Shown: in pieces, positions 46,501 to 55,438 of the stretch | Layout: every line of letters begins with the position of its first letter | Position numbering within the stretch: the first letter of the stretch is position 1 | Virus record (IMG/VR): IMGVR_UViG_3300006114_000002 | Location: 1-63,125 of that record | Origin: a virus | Lineage: Duplodnaviria; Caudoviricetes | DNA length: 63,125 nt | Direction: 5' to 3' (one strand) | Made by a program: the position numbers and the translations under genes | The notes under the pieces: model-generated | Seen by the model: the letters and a program-made list of their open reading frames with translations, nothing else | What the model was told of the DNA's origin: nothing | Databases searched by the model: none

Positions 46501-47117
46501 AGTGGTCTATCTAACAATGTACCGTTTGTTGTAATGTTTTGTTGGACAAGGGTGCTAGAAAAAGTTAAAACAGTCGCACTTGCAGTTACGGTCATTCCTG
46601 ACGATAAAACTAAATCACCATAAATAGTGTGTGAAGTAGCTACTAATGATCCTGTAAAACCAGTAAAGTTTATGGTTTTTGTTCTTGATGTAGTAAAACT
46701 TACAATGTCTACCCCTGCTGTTATGTTGAAACTAATTAAGTTAGTTTCAGCCATAGAAGTAGTGTTAATAATTCTTGTTTGACCGCTAGTTCCTGCTCCA
46801 TTACAAATTAGTAATGGTGTTCCTGTTACCGTACAAGTAGTTGCACCTGTAAATATTGTGGTGTTAGTGCCAGATACCGTAATTGAGTTAGTGCCGAACG
46901 CTAATGTTCCAGTAAAACCAGTAAGAGTAAGCGTTAAGCATACTGCTGTACCAGAACCAATCGTTACTGTGTTTGCGCCTGAGTTAGCATCAAAGAATAC
47001 CGTATCAGCAGACGTAGGAACAGCTTGACCACCAGCACCGCCAGAAGTTAATGCCCATTTGCTACCTGCTGTACCATCCCACGTTGCAGTACCACCGACC
47101 CAGTATCGAGCAGCCAT
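43578..47117 (-). CDS. Large repetitive beta-solenoid fibre/virion protein
   Basis: RYWVGG...W; VPTSADTVFFD; five repeats of QQ.IT.NG...QLQD.LT...LT.GTLDLN. Confidence 0.75.
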   Translation of the reverse strand: MAARYWVGGTATWDGTAGSKWALTSGGAGGQAVPTSADTVFFDANSGANTVTIGSGTAVCLTLTLTGFTGTLAFGTNSITVSGTNTTIFTGATTCTVTGTPLLICNGAGTSGQTRIINTTSMAETNLISFNITAGVDIVSFTTSRTKTINFTGFTGSLVATSHTIYGDLVLSSGMTVTASATVLTFSSTLVQQNITTNGTLLDRPLTFSGTNTYQLQDALTTSSARTLTLTTGTLDLNNKTLTTGLFSSSNSNTRTLAFGVSGSLNVGGTGTVIGCLTYTGLTITGSSNVNVTSTGSTAITIQTPNVTNPFNYAFTGGTYALTFSVNFLVGGLNFTGYAGTLGNAALAIGGSVVISTGMTLTAGTNAWTIAGLTQQNITTNGKTLDFPINFGSGSSTNTVQLQDAMTLGSTRAALLNSGTLDLNNKVLTAGSFSSSNTNTRSILFGTGNITLATNNGTILAGATLTGFTYTGTPTINATYSGATGTRTFNWGNTAGGSETNAVSINISAGTDIVALSTVFLNLDFTGFAGTYSNNTKNIYGNLVISTGMTLTAGTLAQSFSGTLTQQNITTNGKTLDFPLTFSGTNTYQLQDAMTVGSTRIITLTTGTLDMNSKTLNCGFFASSNNNSRTLAFGTATLYVNGSGANTFVSNGTPAMLATGNRVVIATYSGSVGTRTFTTGAVLETSAVDLYITGGTDTVTPNGNFRTIDFTGFAGTLTNIGRSLYGNLVLSTGMTITAGATGTTFAGTLSQQNITSNGKTMDFPIALNGTNTYQLQDALTIGSTRTLNLTTGTLDLNGKVLTCGIFASGNSNVRALNANLGSIYVTGNAAAIFTVSPETNMTATSVIPIYFTYSGATGTRQLNGSGVGGTVLFDAYFNAGSDTVQISNYFCRNINFTGFTGTFNNQSTNLQGNVIFSSGMATAQVSGTFNVASNTATQQITSNGVTLNFPVSIYGTTSGGLQLQDNLTVATTQSITLTQRTLDLNTHNLSCGSISTSGTLTRTIALGTNTLTLTGSGTVFDATTPTGLTVTGTGTISTNSASAKTFIGGSITYPTLSQDGAGTLTITGSNTFANITNTVQPTTITFTAGTTTTVSNFNVNGTSGNLVTLNSSTPGTQATLTKSGGGTVTSNYLSIQDSNATPASTWNANNSTNVSNNTGWNFGAVVVTVVNALFFGAFF

Positions 47118-47120
47118 TTA

Positions 47121-47363
47121 TTACACCTGTGGGTCAACAGGATCGACGGGGGCTTCCGTTGGGGTAGTGATAATCGTGTACCAGTTGTTAAAGCGTTCAG
47201 TCTGAATCGCCGTGATCTGGTCTGGTGTCAGGGAGTTGATGTAGTCAGTATCGCCCACAATGGCATCACTCAGCGTATAACCACCACCCTTTGCGGTAAA
47301 GTTAATCGCTGAGATGTCGTCGTGTACAACTACTGCCGGTTGGCTAGTAATAACTGGAGTCAT
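47121..47363 (-). CDS. Hypothetical protein
   Basis: Fills gap in fibre operon. Confidence 0.6.
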   Translation of the reverse strand: MTPVITSQPAVVVHDDISAINFTAKGGGYTLSDAIVGDTDYINSLTPDQITAIQTERFNNWYTIITTPTEAPVDPVDPQV

Positions 47364-47365
47364 GT

Positions 47366-49054
<1,689 letters not shown>

Positions 49055-49061
49055 TTAATCT

Positions 49062-49676
49062 CTACGTGTAGGTAAAGGCACCATGTGAAGTGCCCGTGCC
49101 AAACGGGGATATTACGCTGACATCCACGATACCCGTGACGGGGTAGCTTGGAGTTGTTGCGTGTATCTCCGTCGAGTTTATGATTACGAATGTTGCCACA
49201 CTTCCACCAAATTTGACCGTCGTGGCACTCGTGAAGTTTGCACCCACAATCACTACGGGCGTCCCGCCGGACTTTGTGCCAAGGTTTGGTGTAACTGAGT
49301 TTACAAAAGGGTACAGCTGCTGCGTTGTTGGTACGACAGTACTCTGCTGATTCAAGTCGCCCTGAGCACCACTTGCTGGTGGGACGCCCTCGATAAAGAT
49401 CGAGTTTGCACCCTCAGTAAACCCACCATCCGTCATAATCTGATTAGGCTGCAGTGCTATAGATACATCTGGTCTTGGGAACCGCAGCGCAATATTCTCT
49501 GTCTGTCTGGCAGGCAGTCTCCACGGATCAAAATTGTCTAGATCCTCCTTGCAGACACGCATACCAGGAAAGTTTGGATCCGGCATAAGATCCACGTAAG
49601 GAAACTTCCTGTTGCAGCGATCGCAGATCGCCACAGACAGGACAGAGTTTCCCCTCGTGTCAATATATACCGACAT
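49062..49676 (-). CDS. Zn-ribbon + IPT/TIG domain protein
   Basis: AICDRC..VC..D; SV.P..G...GGT.V.I.G.NF...V.FG. Confidence 0.75.
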   Translation of the reverse strand: MSVYIDTRGNSVLSVAICDRCNRKFPYVDLMPDPNFPGMRVCKEDLDNFDPWRLPARQTENIALRFPRPDVSIALQPNQIMTDGGFTEGANSIFIEGVPPASGAQGDLNQQSTVVPTTQQLYPFVNSVTPNLGTKSGGTPVVIVGANFTSATTVKFGGSVATFVIINSTEIHATTPSYPVTGIVDVSVISPFGTGTSHGAFTYT

Positions 49677-49683
49677 CTTTTAC

Positions 49684-50469
49684 TTACGCCGCCTGTGAAT
49701 TGCTCTTGATCAATTTACCAGTAATTACTACACCCGCTGCGATTGAGCCCGTGCTCGTAGACAGCTGCCACTGGATGTCCGTCTTCTCCGTGTAGATAAA
49801 CGGATCAGATGAGCGATTGATTGTGTAGATTGAGACAAAAGGCTGCTGCAAGACACTCAGCTTGACGCCAGTCACGTTGTTGATAGCCTGTACCTTGTAC
49901 GTGACGATTGTGCTGCTGGTGTAGCTGTTTGATGTATTGACCTCGGCGACATCCAAGTAAAAACTGTAGCCCGCAGGGACTGTGTATACAGTGCTCTGCG
50001 ATTTGCCCACGCCTGCGTTGATCTGCGAGAGTGTGTTTGTCGTCTGCTTGAGTGTAATCGTACCGATGTTGGTATTTTGACCTGTACCAGGCGATACCAT
50101 GATCATGCTATTGATACGGAAGTAACTGTTGACGGTAGTCACGCCAGTCGTGCCGTTCATTGCAAGCGTCTCGGATATCGGGTTAAAGTTTGCATCCAGG
50201 CCGCTGATTAAAATCTTTGCAGACGTGTCGTCCGATGCGGATGTACTGACGAGTGTCAGTGTCGATGCCGTAGTGGGGTATACGTATGCTGCGGCATTCT
50301 CCCAGACAGGGATTGACGTGGTTGTCACTGCTGACTGGTATCCAAAGATGCTGACGACCTGGTGACCCATGATCTGGTTGCGTGCAACCTGAAGGTCAAA
50401 AGGCTCGTAGGCACCCTGTACCGTCACCGAGTGAGGTGGTGATGTAAATATGTTTGTTGATACAGTCAC
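49684..50469 (-). CDS. Virion structural protein
   Basis: F.LQVAR..I.GH; I.GLD; YTVPAGY. Confidence 0.6.
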   Translation of the reverse strand: MTVSTNIFTSPPHSVTVQGAYEPFDLQVARNQIMGHQVVSIFGYQSAVTTTSIPVWENAAAYVYPTTASTLTLVSTSASDDTSAKILISGLDANFNPISETLAMNGTTGVTTVNSYFRINSMIMVSPGTGQNTNIGTITLKQTTNTLSQINAGVGKSQSTVYTVPAGYSFYLDVAEVNTSNSYTSSTIVTYKVQAINNVTGVKLSVLQQPFVSIYTINRSSDPFIYTEKTDIQWQLSTSTGSIAAGVVITGKLIKSNSQAA

Positions 50470-50521
50470 AATAATCTCCTGAGTTTAAAAGTAACGGGGG
50501 TGGTTAGCCCCCTGAGATTAT

Positions 50522-51094
50522 TTAGCTGTTGGTGTAGCCGGAACCGATAGGAGTAATTGATCCATCTACGTTGCGGGCAGTGTAGGATACGTCCAATGTA
50601 CCGCCGAGCGAGCCGCTCGTCAGTGTCGTCACGGCTGCTGCCGTAAACGTCAGTGTCGCATCAAGGACGCCGATGTTGTTCAGGATCGCAGCCACTGCTG
50701 CAGAAGCCACGAACGAGATGGAGATCACGCCACCTGCTGCTGTCGGTGTGATTGTACCGATGGTTGTCGTCGTCTGTGCGCCCGTGGTTGGGTTGGTCTG
50801 TACGATTGCCACGGTGATAACGCCACCGACTAAACCTGCAGGTACTGTAGTCTGGTATAGGCGGATGTTACTGATCAGCGCACCGGCCGGTAACACGTAT
50901 GGTGTCACGGTGGTTGTACCGATGTCTGCCGTTGTGAATACTGTATTGCCTGCGGTGGTTGTCGTGATTGGGTTGGTGATGTAACTCTGCTGTGAGCAGG
51001 CTACTGCGCCCGTGTTGTCGGGTGCAATCACGCCGTTGTTGGTTGGGTTGTTGCGCTTAAATACCCGGATTGGGCCTGTAAATGAGCTTGACAT
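50522..51094 (-). CDS. Capsid decoration-like protein
   Basis: S.F.GP.R N-terminus, LPAGA; directly after MCP. Confidence 0.55.
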   Translation of the reverse strand: MSSSFTGPIRVFKRNNPTNNGVIAPDNTGAVACSQQSYITNPITTTTAGNTVFTTADIGTTTVTPYVLPAGALISNIRLYQTTVPAGLVGGVITVAIVQTNPTTGAQTTTTIGTITPTAAGGVISISFVASAAVAAILNNIGVLDATLTFTAAAVTTLTSGSLGGTLDVSYTARNVDGSITPIGSGYTNS

Positions 51095-51182
51095 GTTAAT
51101 TTCCTTGTCTCAGTGGTTTTCCCAAACTGTCTCTGAGTCGTCGTACCGGGAAGTTCGGCAGTCAGAATGGGATAAGTCTTCC

Positions 51183-51219
51183 TATAACTACTAATGCAAA
51201 AAATTGATAAAAAGTGCCC
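51183..51219 (-). promoter_or_regulatory. Late promoter (bipartite)
   Basis: GGGC-N15-TTTGCATTAGTAG-TTAT-A. Confidence 0.8.
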
Positions 51220-51226
51220 CAAAAAC

Positions 51227-51257
51227 AAAAAGGCTCCCTCGTGGGGAGCCTTTTTTT
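51227..51257 (-). terminator. Terminator after major capsid gene
   Basis: AAAAAGGCTCCC-TCGT-GGGGAGCCTTTTT. Confidence 0.85.
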
Positions 51258-51273
51258 ACTGCTTTGGCGCTGA

Positions 51274-52191
51274 TTAAACGCCGGCGGTGCCGAAGATGTC
51301 ACGAGCGTCGTGCCAGCCGGTAGCGTAACGCTCCGTTGCCTTGTAACGCATCGAGTCGGTCTCGAAGTCACCCTCCATGGATTTCTCCATTGGGCGGCGC
51401 ATTACGAGCATCAGACCGTTTTCTGCGTCTGTCTGCACGAACCAGGCCTTGCTTGAGCTCAGACGTGTCACCACGTGTGCGCCCTTTGGCAGCATGCCTG
51501 TCGACTTGATCGGGTTAAGATCGTTGTCGGCTGTACCCGAGCGGAGTACGGACTTGAGGATAACCTCAGCCTGGAACTCCAGTGCGGGTGGAACGATCAG
51601 CTGCTCAGCCTTCAGGCGGATACGCTTGCCGTTGTTGTCAATGGCGGAGCGGATCTGGATCAGCATCTGCTCAACCGATGTCTGCGAGAGAGATGCGGCT
51701 GTTGAGAGCTGGTTGCTGAAGGTTTGACCGTTAGCGATCGGGTGTGCTGTGTTGACCAGTGTAACGCCGTCACCGCCGGTGTAGCCGGTTGTGAATGCGA
51801 AGTTGAGCAAGTTAGCGCACAGGGTTTCCTTGGTCTCGATCATTGATTGAGCCAAGTGCTTGGCGAAGGTGCTGCCGATACGGATGTGGTCACCGTCTTC
51901 CATCAATACTTTGGTCAAGGCGTATGCCAAGCCATAGATTTGATAGATGAAGCGTGTGATGTACAGAGTACCACCCTGGTCATAGCTGACAGGAGTACCG
52001 TCAGGCATCGCAGGAGCGGCATTCATGCCGTACAGCATTACTTCTTCGTGATAGTTGCGTGGAATACCTTGGATTTGTTCTACAAAACCTTTCCACTCGT
52101 CGGCACGTTGTTCATACACACCGTCAAAGACTTCGTTGATAATCGGTTCGACTACCGCACGAAAGTCCGTACTACGCATTGGGGTTGCCAT
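51274..52191 (-). CDS. Major capsid protein (Mu gpT-like family)
   Basis: 305 aa; LA.SM..TKE, GGDGV.L....HP, LIVPP.L, AWF..TD..NGL, DF.T...RYKA.ERY..GW.D.R; followed by strong terminator. Confidence 0.88.
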   Translation of the reverse strand: MATPMRSTDFRAVVEPIINEVFDGVYEQRADEWKGFVEQIQGIPRNYHEEVMLYGMNAAPAMPDGTPVSYDQGGTLYITRFIYQIYGLAYALTKVLMEDGDHIRIGSTFAKHLAQSMIETKETLCANLLNFAFTTGYTGGDGVTLVNTAHPIANGQTFSNQLSTAASLSQTSVEQMLIQIRSAIDNNGKRIRLKAEQLIVPPALEFQAEVILKSVLRSGTADNDLNPIKSTGMLPKGAHVVTRLSSSKAWFVQTDAENGLMLVMRRPMEKSMEGDFETDSMRYKATERYATGWHDARDIFGTAGV

Positions 52192-52213
52192 GTTTAGTTC
52201 CTTTCGTTGTTAA

Positions 52214-52876
52214 TTAAACCGAGATTGCCGGAGCCACTAACTGGCTGTTAGCAACTTGAACTTGGACGATTGTGTAGGCATCTGCCCAGGCGTTTGTCTG
52301 GCCTGTTGGGAATGCTGTCTCACGACCAAGACCCACTACTTTGACCTGGCCCTGAGCACCAGCTGCGACAGGCGATGCTGCCAATGCTGTTGTCGAGAAG
52401 CCTGCGCCGCCGTTACCGATCGAGTAACCGGATGCTGCGGTGTTAGTTGCGTCAAAGTTGTACTCGAGACCGATTGCGGAAGTTGCAACGGAACCGTTAC
52501 ACTGAACTTCGTAGACCATTGCGGGGTCTGTGAACAACCAGAAGACGATCTGTGTCGATGCGTCGAGGGTTGTCTTCGATGCCCACTTGGCTACCGAGCG
52601 GCGGCCTTGCGAGTCGGTGAACTCAACACCGTCAAACACGCCATACATGCGGCCTGTGGCTGCAAGTGTAGGTGCCGGGTAGAGCTGGCCGGATGAGTTA
52701 ATTGCTACTGGCTGGTACTGGTAGAAAGCCTGGCCCGTGGTCAAACCGTAGGGGGCGCTGTATGAGTTATCAGTAGCTGCCTGGAAACTGTTGGTACCCA
52801 CGAATGGGGTAGCACGGTCCAAGCCGCTTGGATGATAAGCTGGCTTCATACCAAAGGGGTTGTATGTCGTTGACAT
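52214..52876 (-). CDS. Head protein preceding MCP
   Basis: PFG.KP; GVF.GVE.TD; DP..VYEVQ. Confidence 0.65.
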   Translation of the reverse strand: MSTTYNPFGMKPAYHPSGLDRATPFVGTNSFQAATDNSYSAPYGLTTGQAFYQYQPVAINSSGQLYPAPTLAATGRMYGVFDGVEFTDSQGRRSVAKWASKTTLDASTQIVFWLFTDPAMVYEVQCNGSVATSAIGLEYNFDATNTAASGYSIGNGGAGFSTTALAASPVAAGAQGQVKVVGLGRETAFPTGQTNAWADAYTIVQVQVANSQLVAPAISV

Positions 52877-52906
52877 CTATATTTCCTTTGTATTTATTGA
52901 AGTATG

Positions 52907-53449
52907 TTATGAGAAGCGAATATCGCTGCTCGCTCGTTTGGCCGCCTTCTCCATCTCCAGAACGCCACCCTCAAGAATTGAACGGCCACCCTTGCCCTCC
53001 TGCGCAGTATTGCGCACTTGGGCGGTGATGTTGCGCTGGTGTTCCAGTGGATCCTCCAGGTGCATCATCCGCATCACTTCCTGATAGATTTCTTCCGGTA
53101 TTTTGAAGAGAACCATTTCGTTACAGCTAACACAGCCTTCAAACTTGCCCGAGCTCATCTTACCTAGCGTTTCAAAGCCTTTTAATTCTACGGCTTTCAC
53201 TGGCTCATAACCCAATGCCATGCGTTTGTCGATACTGTCGTACGTGTTGGTTGTTGACAACCAGCACAAGTGCATTCCCGGGATAGCATCCTTTGGAATG
53301 TCTGGCAGAGCAGAGTTCTGCCACTTATCACGGAACGCCTCTATGCGTTCCCTATTTGATAAATCTTCTGAGCTTTCGGCTCTAGCTTTGACCTCCAAGA
53401 CTCGTTCTGCTAAACGGTCTTCCACGTCACGCTTAATTCTCGTATTCAT
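52907..53449 (-). CDS. Conserved head-module protein
   Basis: LP..P...PG...CW.S....LGYEPV. Confidence 0.65.
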   Translation of the reverse strand: MNTRIKRDVEDRLAERVLEVKARAESSEDLSNRERIEAFRDKWQNSALPDIPKDAIPGMHLCWLSTTNTYDSIDKRMALGYEPVKAVELKGFETLGKMSSGKFEGCVSCNEMVLFKIPEEIYQEVMRMMHLEDPLEHQRNITAQVRNTAQEGKGGRSILEGGVLEMEKAAKRASSDIRFS

Positions 53450-53460
53450 TTTATCTACCC

Positions 53461-54423
53461 TTATCCGTTACGGTTTTGTTTATCGAAGGCTGCGTAGGCT
53501 CTGATCATCTTTGCACGCTTGGCTGGGTCGTCCCAGGCTCCTGCATCCTTGATGGCGTCTACTCTTGCCTTGCTTAACGTAATAGTATTTGCCGATTTTC
53601 CGCTTGGGTTAGCCGTCCTGCTCGATGCAGTCGGTCCACCCCTGCGGGCACCGGACTTACCGCCGTAGCGGTGGGGTAGTCGTGCCTGTAGTCTATTATC
53701 CAGCTCGTCCCAGTACTCTGGGTCCGCCGGGTCCCAACCCTCTGAGGCCAGCTCCGTGTCAATCACCTTGGCTATCTTGCTATCGGTGTCACGTGCCTGA
53801 GGATCGTACCACTTATTTTTACCGAGCCAGTCTTTTGCGTTCCTCTGTACGTCTGCAGAGACCTCATTCGGCACATTCTGGCGTGGGCGTTTTGCCTCAT
53901 CCAGCTGGTGCTTCTTGTAGGCCTGGATCTGTGCCAGTCTGGCCTTCGCATCCTGCAACTGCTCCAGGTACTCCACCTGGCCCGCAGCATCCCCCGATTG
54001 GGAGGCCTGCAGCAGTTTCATCTTGTTGTACTCTACCCGAGTCGCTTCATCCTCGAGGGCCTTATCTATCTGGGCAAATTGGTATGATGCCGCTGTGTTC
54101 TCCACGTTGGCCAACCGCCTAGCAAGCTCCTCATTCCTGCGCTCGAGTGCGCTAATCTTGTGCTTGGCTGACGCCTCTCGCTCTTTTGCGAGCTCCTTCT
54201 TCAGCCTGCGCTCTTCTCTGCGTGCCTCTCGAATCTTTTCACGATCATCCTCGGTCTCACCCTCGTCCTCGTGACTGTCTTCTACCGTGCCGCCATCTGC
54301 GTGGCCATCCTCATCATCCTCACCCTCTTCTTTCTCGAAGGGATCAACCTCCTGATCTATGGAGATGAGTGCCGAACCGTCATCCTGCTCCTTGACGGGG
54401 ATATCTTTTTCATTGTCTGCCAT
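53461..54423 (-). CDS. Scaffolding-like coiled-coil protein
   Basis: Acidic N-terminus, coiled coil, W...N.W, EG.DP...EY..ELD.RL. Confidence 0.65.
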   Translation of the reverse strand: MADNEKDIPVKEQDDGSALISIDQEVDPFEKEEGEDDEDGHADGGTVEDSHEDEGETEDDREKIREARREERRLKKELAKEREASAKHKISALERRNEELARRLANVENTAASYQFAQIDKALEDEATRVEYNKMKLLQASQSGDAAGQVEYLEQLQDAKARLAQIQAYKKHQLDEAKRPRQNVPNEVSADVQRNAKDWLGKNKWYDPQARDTDSKIAKVIDTELASEGWDPADPEYWDELDNRLQARLPHRYGGKSGARRGGPTASSRTANPSGKSANTITLSKARVDAIKDAGAWDDPAKRAKMIRAYAAFDKQNRNG

Positions 54424-54442
54424 ACTTTTATCCAAAAGTTAG

Positions 54443-54883
54443 TTAGTCTACAAACGCTTTGAGTTTTTGAGCCGCTTCAAATGATTTAATTTTGGCTACA
54501 ATTTCTCGAGCTTGGATAACAATAAAAACTACTGGAGGACCACCATCGTCCGGATCTACAACGTGTCTAGATCCACCCCATTTTATTGTCGTCACTATAT
54601 CCCCAACAGCGCACCAAGGACCCTCTGGCCACGGAGTTAGGTCGTCTGGACTTTTATAAGCCAAAGGTCCGATCTGTTTAACCAACGCAACAGTCTCGTT
54701 GTAGCGTATGGTCTCTCTTGTCTCTGCCACCAAGACAATACCGCCCTTGCTTTTAAATTTTTCACGCCTAAGTTGAACCAAAACACGATCCCCTTTTACT
54801 TCCAATCCGGGATCAACATCTGGGAAACACTCATCAAAAGATCGAGTGTCTGGTTCGTCTTTAACTTTCATATCAATCGCCAT
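54443..54883 (-). CDS. GroES/Cpn10-like co-chaperonin
   Basis: GDRVLV....K.KGGIVL; V..IGP.AY; WC.VGD.V. Confidence 0.8.
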   Translation of the reverse strand: MAIDMKVKDEPDTRSFDECFPDVDPGLEVKGDRVLVQLRREKFKSKGGIVLVAETRETIRYNETVALVKQIGPLAYKSPDDLTPWPEGPWCAVGDIVTTIKWGGSRHVVDPDDGGPPVVFIVIQAREIVAKIKSFEAAQKLKAFVD

Positions 54884-54902
54884 ACGGCAATCTCCTCATA
54901 AG

Positions 54903-55094
54903 CTATTCAGCTTGTTCGCTATCTGATAAAATGTTGTTAATAATAGACAAGGCATCAGATAAACCTTCTCTCCTACCTACCAGCCTTTGATATGCCTCAA
55001 AGCTGTGTATATTTACGCCGGAAGAAATTGAGTCAATCATTTCTTTTTCAGCGATTAAAATTCTATCCAGAATTTCACTAATAAAATCTTTCAT
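54903..55094 (-). CDS. Small conserved head-module protein
   Basis: G....FE.Y..LVG...GL..A. Confidence 0.7.
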   Translation of the reverse strand: MKDFISEILDRILIAEKEMIDSISSGVNIHSFEAYQRLVGRREGLSDALSIINNILSDSEQAE

Positions 55095-55181
55095 AGCGTT
55101 TTATAACTCCGATAAGTTAATTTATGTAGAGGGTTAGTCCTTGTATCGGCAAGAACGATTCCCGTCGGAATATGTTCCCTC

Positions 55182-55218
55182 TACACCTACTTATGCAAAG
55201 ATATTGTTTTTTCCGCCC
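55182..55218 (-). promoter_or_regulatory. Late promoter (bipartite)
   Basis: GGGC-N15-TTTGCATAAGTAG-GTGT-A. Confidence 0.8.
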
Positions 55219-55221
55219 TAA

Positions 55222-55434
55222 TTAGTAAAAATTGCCGCCGCCGATGTCGTTCAGGTTCTTATCTGGGCCGACCTTGTTGGTGCCCTTCAGTTTGACCTGA
55301 GCTGCGCCCTTCTTCCAGTTATTGTCACGGTGCGAGCCGGATGGACCGCTCTCGACCTTCTGATCTGGTCCGCCTGCATAGCCGGGTGTACCGGTCATCT
55401 TGTAGGCCTTCTTAAAACCAAGTTCTTTTTCCAT
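55222..55434 (-). CDS. Hypothetical protein
   Basis: AAGGA RBS after portal; contains GYAGG. Confidence 0.6.
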   Translation of the reverse strand: MEKELGFKKAYKMTGTPGYAGGPDQKVESGPSGSHRDNNWKKGAAQVKLKGTNKVGPDKNLNDIGGGNFY

Positions 55435-55438
55435 TTAC

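Noticed and set aside
40700-47117. Diversity-generating retroelement acting on fibre repeats
   Set aside because: No reverse transcriptase and no adenine-specific TR/VR pair; repeats are in-frame protein repeats
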